This document shows, piece after piece, positions 24,401-35,287 of a stretch of DNA of 64,000 nt. Source of the stretch: Eledone cirrhosa (Eukaryota); assembly GCA_964016885.1 (NCBI GenBank), contig OZ024741.1, positions 101,308,001 to 101,372,000 on the forward strand, written 5' to 3'. Below the pieces are notes generated by a model. It was not told the DNA's origin, did not search any database, and saw nothing but the letters and a program-made list of their open reading frames with translations. The position numbers and the translations under genes are program-made. Every line of letters begins with the position of its first letter. Position 1 is the stretch's first letter.

Positions 24401-26638
24401 ATCATCATCACTGTTTAATGTCCATTTTCCATGCTGGCTTGTGTTAGACGAGCTGTCTCATTGTGAGACAAGTCAGGCCAGATGACAAAGTTTTGCTGAT
24501 CCAGAACTGATTTGGGGTTGGTTTCCACGGATGGATGCCTTTCCTAATGCCAACCACATTTACAGTGTGTACTGGATGCTTTTTGTCATGACACCTACAC
24601 GACCAACATAGTGTGGACTGGGTGCCTTTTGTCGTGAAACCTACATGACCCCATTAGTGTGCAGAGGAGCTGGGTGGGATTTTATGATATACAAGGTGTA
24701 TGGGAGGGGTGATAGAGGGAAAGATGGCGCAAGTCTTCCAACTCCATTGCTTCCATCAACTCTGAGCTCTCTGCACCTTTTTATACAGCTGTCATCCTTC
24801 ATATACATCAAATGTCCATACTAACGCAATCTCTCCTGCACACTGCATTTGATCCCTCTTATTTCCAGTTCATGTATATTATTATATATTTATACATATA
24901 TGATGGGCTCCCTTACAGTTTTCATCTAACAAATTCACTTGCAAGTTATTTTGTCAACCCAAAGCTATATTAGAAGGGATTTTCCCAATGTGCCACGCAA
25001 TGGGTTGGAACCCCATACTAGGTGGTTGCTAAGCAAATTTCTTAACCACAAAGCAATCTCTGCACCTACTCAAACCTTAGATTAAAACTAAAATTCTATA
25101 TAAAGTAAACAAAATACAATACTGAATTATACAAATTACCTGTGATTTTTTTCTTTGATTTGGAATCATCTTTATCAACAAAAAATAAAATTTCATTGGG
25201 TTTTTCTGAAATAATTCCTCTGAAAAATTCAATTTTAATAGATAATTATAAATTGAAGCTATTGGCAGAATCATTAGATCATTAGATTAAACACTTTGAG
25301 GTATTTAGTTACAGCTCTATTTACTATGCACTCACCATTCTGAGAAGTTGATAAAATAAAAGTACCAGTCAAGTACTGGGGTTGATTTAATCAACTTTTG
25401 CCTCCTCCAAAATGAGAAAACAGTATTCCTTCAAAATTTGATATGCATTTTTTAGCTATTATGATTAAAAATCAATCTTCACATTTCAGGCGCTAGCTAT
25501 GAGCAAATGGAGTGAGCTTATCAGTTGGTTTAAAATTTAAAGAAAATTACATCACCACTACACTCCTCACTGCACACACTCACACGTTCCTAGATGCTGA
25601 CCCCTTGTGAAGTGGTTGGTGACGAGAAGGGCATCCAGCCATGGAGGGCTTGCCAGACAAAGAGTTGGGAGGACCCTTCAGGCTCCCTACTATTTGGTGA
25701 TCTACACGATAAACACGCGCAGTACTCGCAGTAAAGTGGTTGGTGATAGGAAGAGCATCTAGCCGTAGAAAGTTTGCCAAACAAAGGGTTGGGAGGACCA
25801 TCAGTTGTACTACAGACACAACTTCCTCCTTTGCACTCGGTAGAATGTAACACCATACATAAGCAAGGCGATAGATCCCTGGCTTGTCTGGGAGATCTGT
25901 AGCCACCGCTTCAGACCTGTACAACCTTTGCTAGGAGGGAGATAGGACGATGATGATAACGAACTACAAAATCAAGGAACCTAACTTGAGGTATAACCAT
26001 AGCACTTACGTTGATGACGGTTTTCAAAAAAAAAAAAAAAAAAAATTTTTTTTAGTTTCATTAACCCTCATGCAGAACATCCTAATCAAGTGCCTTCACA
26101 GAGAGAACATATTGTATAACATAATCCTGGATAAATTGTTTGAAATTGATGAGGTAGTCATATTTGGAACTCTTACATCATAGGTCTTCTGGTTCAGAGC
26201 TGACCTATAGTTAAACAACATAACCCTCATCCATACTGTGCTAACGTAAACATTATCATGAGAGGATTTTTCCACAAACTCTTCACGATAAAATAATGCT
26301 TTCTAATTCAAACACAAGGCCAACAATTGACTAGTATTTTATTTTATCGACCACGGGAGTATAAAAGGCAAAGTTAACGCAGAGTCGTAACTGCATGCCG
26401 CTAAGCATCCTGTCCTTCGCACTACCAATTCTGCAAACCCGCCACTTACATAGTAATTATATTCTCTTGTATTCCTTCGTCTTTCTGCGAGACACAGAAG
26501 TGCTAAAATCGTCACCGAGAAGGTAAGAGGACAATTAAATGACCTTTCGGTTATTAAACTCTCTAAAGAACGAATTAGTTACTTGATTAATAATGATTTC
26601 TTTATTAGCTATGCAGGGCTAACCTAAGTGTAACTCAC

Positions 26639-26673
26639 TTGGTGTTTCAAAATACAATTTCACATCAAGAATC
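26639..26673 (-). CDS. NOP53: NOP53 exon 2 (35 nt) (G)ILDVKLYFETP(T)
   Basis: ttttgcag acceptor and gtgagt donor. It is the only exon I found that bridges phase 2 (exon 1) to phase 1 (exon 3), and it sits where human has KLFFVD. Confidence 0.8.
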
Positions 26674-26937
26674 CTGCAAAACTAATACAAAACAGAAGAG
26701 CTGATCAATTGCGAAACGCGCGTCACACCTGAATAAACAAACGTAATGAAAATTTGACTGCCCGTCCATACTTATAATTATTGTTATATATATATTTACA
26801 TATAACCAAAGATTAATACAGTTCATTGATTACTCAATGAATATAGTTTTACAATAGTTTAAAAGCACTCTACAAAGAAGTTTTCTGATTAATATTATTC
26901 AGAATATTAATAAATGAAGACATTCACATAATCAAAA

Positions 26938-27010
26938 TATGTTTTATTATATATATTTCGAAGGTACTGTGCTGTTTTTTTTCAGTACGTCCTCGTCAGA
27001 TAAAATACAT
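26938..27010 (-). ncRNA. Type I minimal hammerhead ribozyme (Penelope-type), NOP53 sense strand
   Basis: Minus strand reads AUGUAUUUUAU-CUGACGA-GGACGUACUG(loop)CAGUACCUUC-GAAA-UAUAUA-UA^AUAAAACAU. It has an intact core, a G10.1-C11.1 pair, a palindromic stem III, and stem I of 6+3 bp. Confidence 0.7.
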
Positions 27011-27023
27011 GAATTAATAATTC

Positions 27024-27093
27024 ATGTATTTTATCTGACGAAGACGTACTGAAAAAACAGCACAGTACCTTCGAAATATATATAATAAAACAT
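27024..27093 (+). ncRNA. Second hammerhead copy on the + strand (A10.1.C11.1 mismatch)
   Basis: CUGACGA at 27035-27041, GAAA at 27073-27076; the first stem II base is A rather than G. Confidence 0.5.
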
Positions 27094-27439
27094 ATTTTGA
27101 TTGTGAATGTCTTCATTTATTAATATTGTGAATAATATATATTTACATATAGATATATAACCGTAATATGCGAAATGAATACAGTAAATACTGCAAGATA
27201 ATTTAATTTTCTTATTCCGAAGTTTATTGTTAGTTACACACTTTTTGTCGTAATTATTAAATTACTAATATTAAGTGTTAACTAGTTTTCTTTTGCAATC
27301 AAATGAATATTTTCGGTTGTTCGCTCTACACGGAATTTAAGGAGCAAATAAACACGTGTCACACTATATTTGAGCATACACACAGGAAGCGATGTATAGA
27401 ACAATATAAACAATAATTTTGTAGGTGTCAAAAACTTAC

Positions 27440-27582
27440 CCAGTTCGTTCCTCGTGACTCACATCTTCCAAATATTCTTCTACATCTTTAATATCAGTTT
27501 TCCTCCAAGATTTCTTTTTATTTTTAGAAATATGCAAACGCTTTTTTTTACCTGAGACGTCTTCCATAATCATGGTGGACAT
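27440..27582 (-). CDS. NOP53: NOP53 (GLTSCR2/PICT1) ribosome biogenesis protein, exon 1 MSTMIMEDVSGKKKRLHISKNKKKSWRKTDIKDVEEYLEDVSHEERT(G)
   Basis: N-terminal NKK..WR...V..(F/Y)LEDV...ERT motif of NOP53; donor gtaagt. The start codon could be any of three in-frame ATGs (27582, 27573, 27567). The 14 exons sum to 1293 nt including the stop. Confidence 0.94.
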
Positions 27583-27595
27583 TAAAAGGCCGACT

Positions 27596-27670
27596 AGAGT
27601 TATCTCCCCTTGGTTTTTCCGGTTCTGAAATTTAAGTGGAAAATTCTTATACTTTCTTCGTATTGTAAGT
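27596..27670. promoter_or_regulatory. Putative NOP53 promoter (possibly bidirectional)
   Basis: AGAGTTATCTCCCCT (27596-27610, shared with ENDOG), ETS-like TTCCGG (27617-27622), and a + strand gtaagt donor-like site at 27665. Confidence 0.5.
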
Positions 27671-29050
27671 TTATCTAGTTTGATACGAAACTGCTTTGTA
27701 AGTTCTTTTTCATTATTAATATCAAATATATTATTAATTCAATAATCTATTAATATTGATGACTTTATCGTACAAAGGTAGCCGGTTGCGTTTAACATGA
27801 TTGCTTAATTTTTTTCGATTTACTAAAACAAAAGATTATTAACTATGGCATATTTCTATTTTAAAATAATACTACAAACTAGTAGGAACAATTCAGGTTG
27901 AATCAAAGTTAAGAAAATATATAAGAATTATACTTGTTTATACCCATACAGCTATATTTACAGGATAGAACACCGATTAATTATTGAAAGCGTCCCAAAT
28001 ATAGTATGTTTTTGTCTGTGCTACAGACATGCATTTTTCACTGTCCAGTGTTTTCTCATGCTTGTTGTTGTACCCATGCTTAACCTTAGTTAAGCATTTA
28101 AGGTATGACCATTTTGTATAAGTATAGTACCCTTTTAGGACAGTAGAGTTTCTCTTGTGGTAGACTTTAGTCGAAGATGGGTCGATTAAATGGAAAATAA
28201 CCACGAAAACCATTTGGGTGAAAAGTGATTATTTAAAACGTAGTAGGTATCTGCATTAGTTCAGTGCCAAATAAAATGCCTTATGGTATTTATGGCTTTT
28301 TACCGCACTAGGAAAATATGTCTTTCACCGTTCTGCCGTTGTTTAACCCCAGGTCACCTTTACTGAAGAAACCTGTGATCAACGGGTTCATCCTCTGTGT
28401 GTGTGTGTGTGTTTTATCATTTACTAACATGTCATTTCTTATGACAGTATGTAGGGTGTGATTCGAGGACGTTTTACTTTATGTATATAAAATAAGACAA
28501 TAATGTACACGCCTTGTTAGAGTCCTAAGATGATTTTAAAAAATATGAAACTCATATCCTACTGATTCGTCTTGTTAAGCTAATTTATTGGTAGGCGACA
28601 ATTGAATGTAAAGAGACTGTTGTGATGAAGCAAGTTAGAATCAATAAAAATGCAGAAGTTTATCATTCAGAAAAATATTTTCACAAATAAATCTTTCCGT
28701 TTATCAATTAACAAAAATTGAAAAATGCTGAAGATCTACAACGCAAAAGGAGGTTACTTTCATTTTCGTTCACTGTCATTTGTCTGCCATTTTATATATC
28801 TAAAAACGAAACCTCCTTGATACTTCTTGCAGATTGAGTGACTGCTTAGAGAGCTCGTTATGGACAGAGCCTCATGTATTTAGAGAAAGTCTTCTTCTTA
28901 GTCCATTAATTCCTGATTGTCGTGGAAGCAGAGTCATCAAAACTTCCAACGGGCCCTGTCAGAAGCAACCGTCTCCAACTTTTTCGGAGAAGTCATCATC
29001 ATCATCATTTTACGTCTGCTTTTCCCTGCTTGCAAGGGTTGGACAAGTCA

Positions 29051-29090
<40 letters not shown>

Positions 29091-29096
29091 AATACA

Positions 29097-29180
29097 TAAT
29101 TATTTCATCTGATGAACGAGTTGGACCTTTCTGTAAGAATCGTCTAGTTTCTTGAAACCTTTGGTAAATAGAATAATTAT
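29097..29180 (+). ncRNA. Degenerate hammerhead ribozyme-like motif
   Basis: CUGAUGA (29109-29115), G-U-rich stem II, GAAA (29154-29157), stem III ACC-UUU-GGU with A at the cleavage position. Stem I pairs only with a 1-nt offset. Confidence 0.45.
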
Positions 29181-29282
29181 ATTGTTATTTATTATGTAAT
29201 TAAATAGCTCTGTACAATACATAGAGCACTCTTCTTTCCTTTATCTTTTCTACGGAAATACTTAACAGACATATATATATTC

Positions 29283-29960
29283 TCAAGAGAGCTTTGGCCC
29301 GTACGAACATCCCTCAATCTTAGAACCATCTGGGTTGTCCAGAAGTGACGGCAAAAGACCTGACGGCCTTACCCCGTGCCCCTGGTCGAGAGGCAGGTGC
29401 CTTGTCTGGGACGTCACTGTTAGTGACTCTTTTGCTTCCCACATCCTGGATGCTGCGGTTAGGACGAGAGCCACAGCTTCCGCAGCCGAGCGGAGTAAGG
29501 CCCTCAAATTCTGTGATCTGTCGGCCAGCTACATTTTCAGCCTGTGGCTTTCGAGACGTTTGGAGGAGTCGGGCCGCTGACTGCGAGATTCCTCTCTTCA
29601 CTCGCGGCTCGCCTAATAGAGGTAATTGGCGAATCTCGCGAGGGCGCTTGGTTGTTCCAGCGCATTAGCCTCGCCATCACCCGAGGCAACGCTGCGAGTG
29701 TGCTGGCTTGCCTCAAAAATCATTAGAGAGGTTGCCCGGTACTCCTCGCGACGCTACTGTCTTTTGCTCTGGTGTTGACTCGGTTGTTCACCCCTCCCTT
29801 TACATTTTCTTTAATGTTGCAACATTAAAAGACTATATCCTTCTGAAAGAATCGCTAGCAATTTATAATGTTATCTAAGCATTTGTAATGTTATTTATGT
29901 ATATATTTAAAACATATTTGTTATGTTATTCTACTGTAAATTTATTTATGTGCTTTGTAT
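29283..29960 (+). mobile_element. CRE-clade non-LTR retrotransposon, 5'-truncated (restriction-like endonuclease domain plus 3' UTR), family A
   Basis: [45 protein letters not shown] and, after a frameshift, AFETFGGVGP...WLFQRISLAITRGNAASVL. This is the RLE PD..D motif; flanked by (TA)n. Confidence 0.88.
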
Positions 29961-30008
29961 ATATAATATATATATATATAGAAGTGGTTACACAACAGTT
30001 AGTTGACC

Positions 30009-30073
30009 ATACCGAGAACAATTGTTTCACCTTAGCGGAGGATCCGCTAAGGTGAAACAATTGTTCTCGGTAT
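30009..30073. repeat. Perfect 31-bp-arm hairpin (loop GGA)
   Basis: ataccgagaacaattgtttcaccttagcgga / tccgctaaggtgaaacaattgttctcggtat. Confidence 0.95.
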
Positions 30074-30434
30074 AAATTATGCGGCATGATTTGCATATTA
30101 GCAGACTGGCTGATCAGTCAGATCTGCATATTAGCAGATATATATATAAATATATATATAACGAAGGAACCAGGTGGACCATAACGCATTAGAGTACTCG
30201 ATACCATGAGTAGTAGAGTGGGTAATAGGAAAAGAGTCAGGATCCCGACTCCTTTTCCTATATATATATATATATCATCATCATCATCACCGTTTTACGT
30301 CCGTTCTTCCACGCTAGCATGGGTTAGACGGCATATATACATATACACACACTCACAAAACGCCAGCATCCACAGTTTTCCAAGAGATGGCAACACGACT
30401 CAACCTGTTATTTTTCTCTAAATAAATATATATA

Positions 30435-31205
30435 ATCACCGTTTAACGTCCATTTTTCCACGCTAGCATGGATGAGATGGGTTGTCCTGCTGTGAGACAA
30501 GTCAGAAAAGATGACCGTGCCTTGCTTATTCAGGACCTTTTGGGAGCTGGTCTTTACGGCTTGATACCCTTCCTGACGACAATCACATTCACAGTGTGGA
30601 CTAGGTATTTTTTATCGTATCACAAAAACGACCACTTTACAGTGTGGGCTGGACTCGTTTTGTCGTGACACTAACACGACCACTTTACAGTGTGGACTGG
30701 ACGCTTTATGTTGGGGTACCAAAATGATCACTTTACATGTTGGGTTGGGTGTGTTTGTCGTCTCACCATCACGACCGCTTTACAGGGTGGTTTAGGCATT
30801 TATTGTGACACATGTGTCACTGGCATGACCCTTAACAGCGTGGGCTGGGTGCTTTTTGTCATGTCACCGTCACAACCATAGGCTTACAGGACAAACTGGC
30901 TACTCTGTCGAGTCACTTACCTGACCATTCCACATGGCGAATTGGACAGTTTCTGTTGTACCACTAACACGACCACTTTGCAGTGTGGGCTGGGTGCTTC
31001 CTGTCATGTAACCGACATGACTACTTCAATGGAGATTGGGTGCTTATTTGTCATGTCTCCAGTACGACCACCTTATAGGGAGGGTTAGGTGCTTTTTTGT
31101 CATGACACCAACATGAGCATCTTACATGGTGGACTAGGGGCTTTAGTTGTGTCACCAGCGTGATCACCTTATGGGGTCGACTGAGAGCTTTTAGCCATTT
31201 CAGCA
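30435..31205 (-). repeat. RTE-tailed SINE-like repeat with an expanded ~39-bp minisatellite
   Basis: Many units cacgaccactttacagtgtggactgggtgctttttgtcgtgacac; same family as 23970-24400 in the opposite orientation. Confidence 0.75.
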
Positions 31206-31489
31206 GCATTGTAGGAGAGCATGCACAGCTTTCCATACTTGTATACATGGCTTGATCAAGTGAGGTGCATCAAAGTGGGTTAATGCAACTCTACAAATCA
31301 TGCCACGCCCATCAAATGAAGCAGGCAGAAAATTTACCTGCATATTATGTGACATGACATATAAATCACTTACGGATTTGATGAATCGTCTAAGGCGACA
31401 TCAATGAAAGCAACACAAATAACACATTTTTGCCAATATCTTTTTTTTTTTTGTCAAAAAAGTGGTCATCTCCTTATAATATATAACTA

Positions 31490-31900
31490 GCAATTCCTCT
31501 GTCTGTCTGTCCGACAGTGGAAACACGTGCGCGCGTGGTTGCTATCTCTCTCTCTCTCTCCAGCTATCCCTCTCTTTTAGTCTGTCTGTTTCTCTCACTC
31601 TCACTCTTTCTCTTTGTAACACACTAACATTCCTCCCCTCTATCGCTGTGATGAATGGGGAGATGGAGGAGGAGGAAGAGAGAGTCACTTCGTCACTTCA
31701 CCTCTGCCTTTCTTTCTCTTCCCTCTCACTCCCTGCCGTCGACCACTGATTCCAACAACCAGCGTTCTAGGCCAGCACGTAACACCTGCGTTCCCAGCCA
31801 TGGCACGCGCGACCTTGGAGTAGTTACCATGGAGATCTAGCCAGACACAGCCGAGTTCTTTGAATTTACAGACGACAACTTTAAGACTGGCTTTTGTGTT
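31490..31900. promoter_or_regulatory. CpG-rich promoter-like island (second copy ~43670-44080)
   Basis: CACGTG (31524-31529), GCGCGCG, (CT)n tracts and an RFX X-box-like GTTACCATGGAGAT (31823-31836) in otherwise CpG-poor DNA. Confidence 0.45.
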
Positions 31901-32439
31901 TTAACAAACTCACTGGGGCTGAGCATATAATATATATATATGTGTGTATGCGTGCGTGTGTGTGTGTATGCGTGTGTATTATATGTGTGTGTGTTATATG
32001 TGTGTGTGCGTGTGTGTGTTATATGTGTGTGCGTGTGTGTGTTTTATATATGGGTGTGTGTCATCATCATCATTATTTCATTTTACGTCCGCTTTCTCCC
32101 TGTTTGCAAGGGTGGGACGGTAACTGATTTTGGCTTGATTTCTACAGCTGGATGCCCTTCTTAACACCAACCTCATTTACAGTGAGTGCTGGGTGCTTGT
32201 TTCTGTGGCGCCTACACGTCCACTTTACAGTGTGGGCTGGGTGCTTTTTTGCCGTGGCACCTCCACGACCACTTTGCAGTGGAATGATAGGGACCCCAGT
32301 CCCTATCATCTCATTTCTACAGCTGAGTAAACTGGAGCAATGTGAAATAAAGTGTCTTGCTCAAGGAAACAACACATCACCCGGTCTGAGAATTGAACTC
32401 ACAAGGCCAATCCTCTAACCACTACGCCATGTGCCTCCA

Positions 32440-32510
<71 letters not shown>

Positions 32511-32912
32511 ATATATATATTATATATGTATATTATGTGTGTCTCTCTATATATATACATATATATAGGTTTAAGTGTGTATATGTGTGTATGTATGAGT
32601 GTGTGTTAGCGTATGTGTCTGTATGCGTGTGTGTCTGTCTGTGCGTGTGTCTGTGTGTATCTGTGTAAGTGTTTGTGTGTGTGTACAGGAATTCATAAGT
32701 TTCCAAAAATATGTCTATGCTTAATTTTTCTTAAAAATTATATACTGGTTCTTCCTGTCAGAGATAATAATCTGATTTGAGAATAATGAATCTCAAAATA
32801 TGAACATGGGTGTATATATATATATATGTATGTGTGTGTGTATCTGTGTTTGTGTGTGTGTTAAATATATATCGACTAGCAGAAAACCACCCACCGGGTG
32901 GTTTTCTGCTAG

Positions 32913-34193
32913 TCTATATATATAAAACTGAGGATGTCTGTCTGTGGGTGTGTGAGTTTGAATCCGTAAAACTAGAGAAGCACCCAACCGACTGTTTTCA
33001 AACTTTACACATGTAATACTTATGTTCCAGGGAGTGTTCTGAGCAAAAGAAATTTCAAATTTTCAATGCCCTAGAGACAGCATCAGGTGATTTAGCGATC
33101 TCTCTCTATAATCCTTAGTCTTTCTCTTTTTAGATAGATACATACATATAACGTCGCGCCCTTATAATATCTGTCTGCATTACGTCACTTCCTACAATTC
33201 GCTCTTCGTCTAGAACGCACCCTTATAATATCTGTCTGTATGTCTGCATCGCACTCGGCGCGTCAATGTATGGCTGTTAAACGGGCTACCAGTGGAAGCA
33301 ACCGTAACACCCTCCAAGGGCCCTTGAAATAACTGATGGTGACCCTTTCGTTTAGGGCTGCCAGTGAACACACACACGCATCGGGGCCCATTTTATTGCA
33401 CCATTCCTCTTTAAATTTGTTAAATTATACCCAGTTTGGTAAACGTTTGTCCAGTTGCGTTTATTTACTAAGGTGCGGTGGACTCCTTCGAGAAGGTTCC
33501 ACATGCTGTCTGATTGCACGTCATGCCTTGCTCAAGCATTGCAGACTTCCCTCTGACATAAGTGGTGACATCTGTCCTGCTGACTCGTGTCACTTTATTA
33601 AAGTACAAAAGCACCAAGCCGATTTTCTCCAGAAGGAGAAGCATACCTAATACTAATTGCATCAGAGCATTCGGTTTATTTTCTTTACATATTGTCCATC
33701 ATGCAGTTTTTCCACGATTAGGTCTGTTGGCGGCCCGCGTTATGTTTCAGGGAGTGTTATGCACATAAAAAATTCAACTTTTTGATCCCCCAGGGCCCGC
33801 ATTAGGTGAAAAACTGCGTTTTTTCAGCTTTTTAGGGGTATTTTGAGGCGTTACGTCAGACCGATTTCCTTGAAATTGTAACTATGTATTAGTCAGTCTC
33901 TTCTTCATAAGAGCAAAAAAAATCCAACTATTTTATGGCCTAGGGCCCGCATTAGCTGAAAAACTTCATTTATTCAGCTTTTTAGGCGTTACGTCTAGCC
34001 GATTTTCCCGAAATTGAAAACCTGCATTTTTCCTGCTTCACCGAGGAAAATCTTAAAGATTATCCAGCCAACAGAGTATTCGGTTTATTTTCTTTACATA
34101 TTGTCCAGGCATGAAGTTTTTCCACGATTAGGTCTGTTGGCGGCCCGCGTTCCAAAATACCTTATCCCGTGCAACGCCGGGTACTACTGCTAG
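32913..34193 (+). mobile_element. Non-autonomous Helitron (1281 bp)
   Basis: 5' TCTATATATATAAAA...tgtctgtctgt; 3' GC-rich hairpin cccgtgcaacgccggg followed by CTAG|T; internal direct repeats (33664-33740 vs 34073-34150); no Rep/helicase ORF. Confidence 0.85.
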
Positions 34194-35242
34194 TACTATA
34201 TATGTATATATGTATTTATAGACGTCTGATCACACACACTTTGCTCGACAATAATTGTTTTAGCTCCGATCGAGAAAAACTAATCAGAGGCATTCCAGTC
34301 GTGGTTACATGTTTCTTTGTTTTGTGTATGCGTGGCAACTGCAAGATTACACCGAACGTGATGTTGCCGATAGCGAATGATGAAAAACAACAAACTAACA
34401 TAAAATTAAGAAATATATAAGTATTAAAACACACATTAAGTGAGTGGTAGAATATTCCTTCCTTTTAAATTATCTATACTATGGGTGTAATATGTTTTGT
34501 TTTGGAGATTATAATATATTGTCTGCAGTATTTGTATTTTCTCTACAGTTTTGTTTGTAGTATAAATATGTTAAATGTCATATGTTAGTATTAAACGTGT
34601 TTTTGCGGCTGAGTAATTTGTATTTACGTGGCCAGTGTTGGTTTGTTTACTCGATTATCTTTATTTCGATGTTGGGTGGGGTTAAGAGACTCCCTCAGGC
34701 GCGCGCGCACACACATATAAGTTCATGATTGAAAAGGGCGTACAAAGCAATGCAAAAAGTTTTATTATTTTCATTTTTGCCCAATTCCAGTACGTTATTC
34801 AATATACACACGTATGATATAATAATTATAGTTTTCATTTTACTTGTAAATTCTGAGAAATTACTTTCTCTTTCTAAGAATAACGCTTATCCTTTTATGG
34901 GAGGTTTTCTGACCAATTACTATGATAAAATAAAGTGATAATGAAAATACTCGATGCGAGAACATCATTGTGAGTTGAGAACATTTCTCTTCATTCTTTT
35001 AATTTTTGCCTTTCAAATTGTACCCTTGTTCATTCAAGATATTTCGAAATCACCGGTCTGTTTCTCTCTGCAAGAACATCCGTGGTTTTGTTTGTTTTTC
35101 TCTCTCTACAGAACAATTGAACTCGGTAAATATCCACAGTATTATCTTTCTTAAACTTTATTATGCAATGTATTTCTAGTTTGAATTTAATATTTGTATA
35201 TAATTTGTAAGTATTATCAGCATATTCCTCATTACTCTAAAC

Positions 35243-35287
<45 letters not shown>

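Larger units (their letters stand above)
26892..27138. repeat. Long near-perfect inverted repeat (~123-bp arms, centre 27017), probably Penelope-like-element derived
   Basis: Arms are reverse complements except for a few substitutions and small indels; essentially no spacer. Confidence 0.95.

Noticed and set aside
26701-26740. CTGATCA...GAAACGCGCGTC...AATAAA, hammerhead-like
   Set aside because: Stem III and GUC look Penelope-like, but the core is CUGAUCA, stem II is absent and stem I does not pair. At most a dead relic.
30580-31200. Regular ~39-bp repeats resembling a CRISPR array
   Set aside because: Degenerate minisatellite within a SINE-like repeat; no unique spacers, no cas genes, eukaryotic context.
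31894-33016. ORFs rich in YI/CV repeats (also ~22294-22581, 28834-29155, 44075-45149)
   Set aside because: Translations of (TA)n/(TG)n microsatellites.
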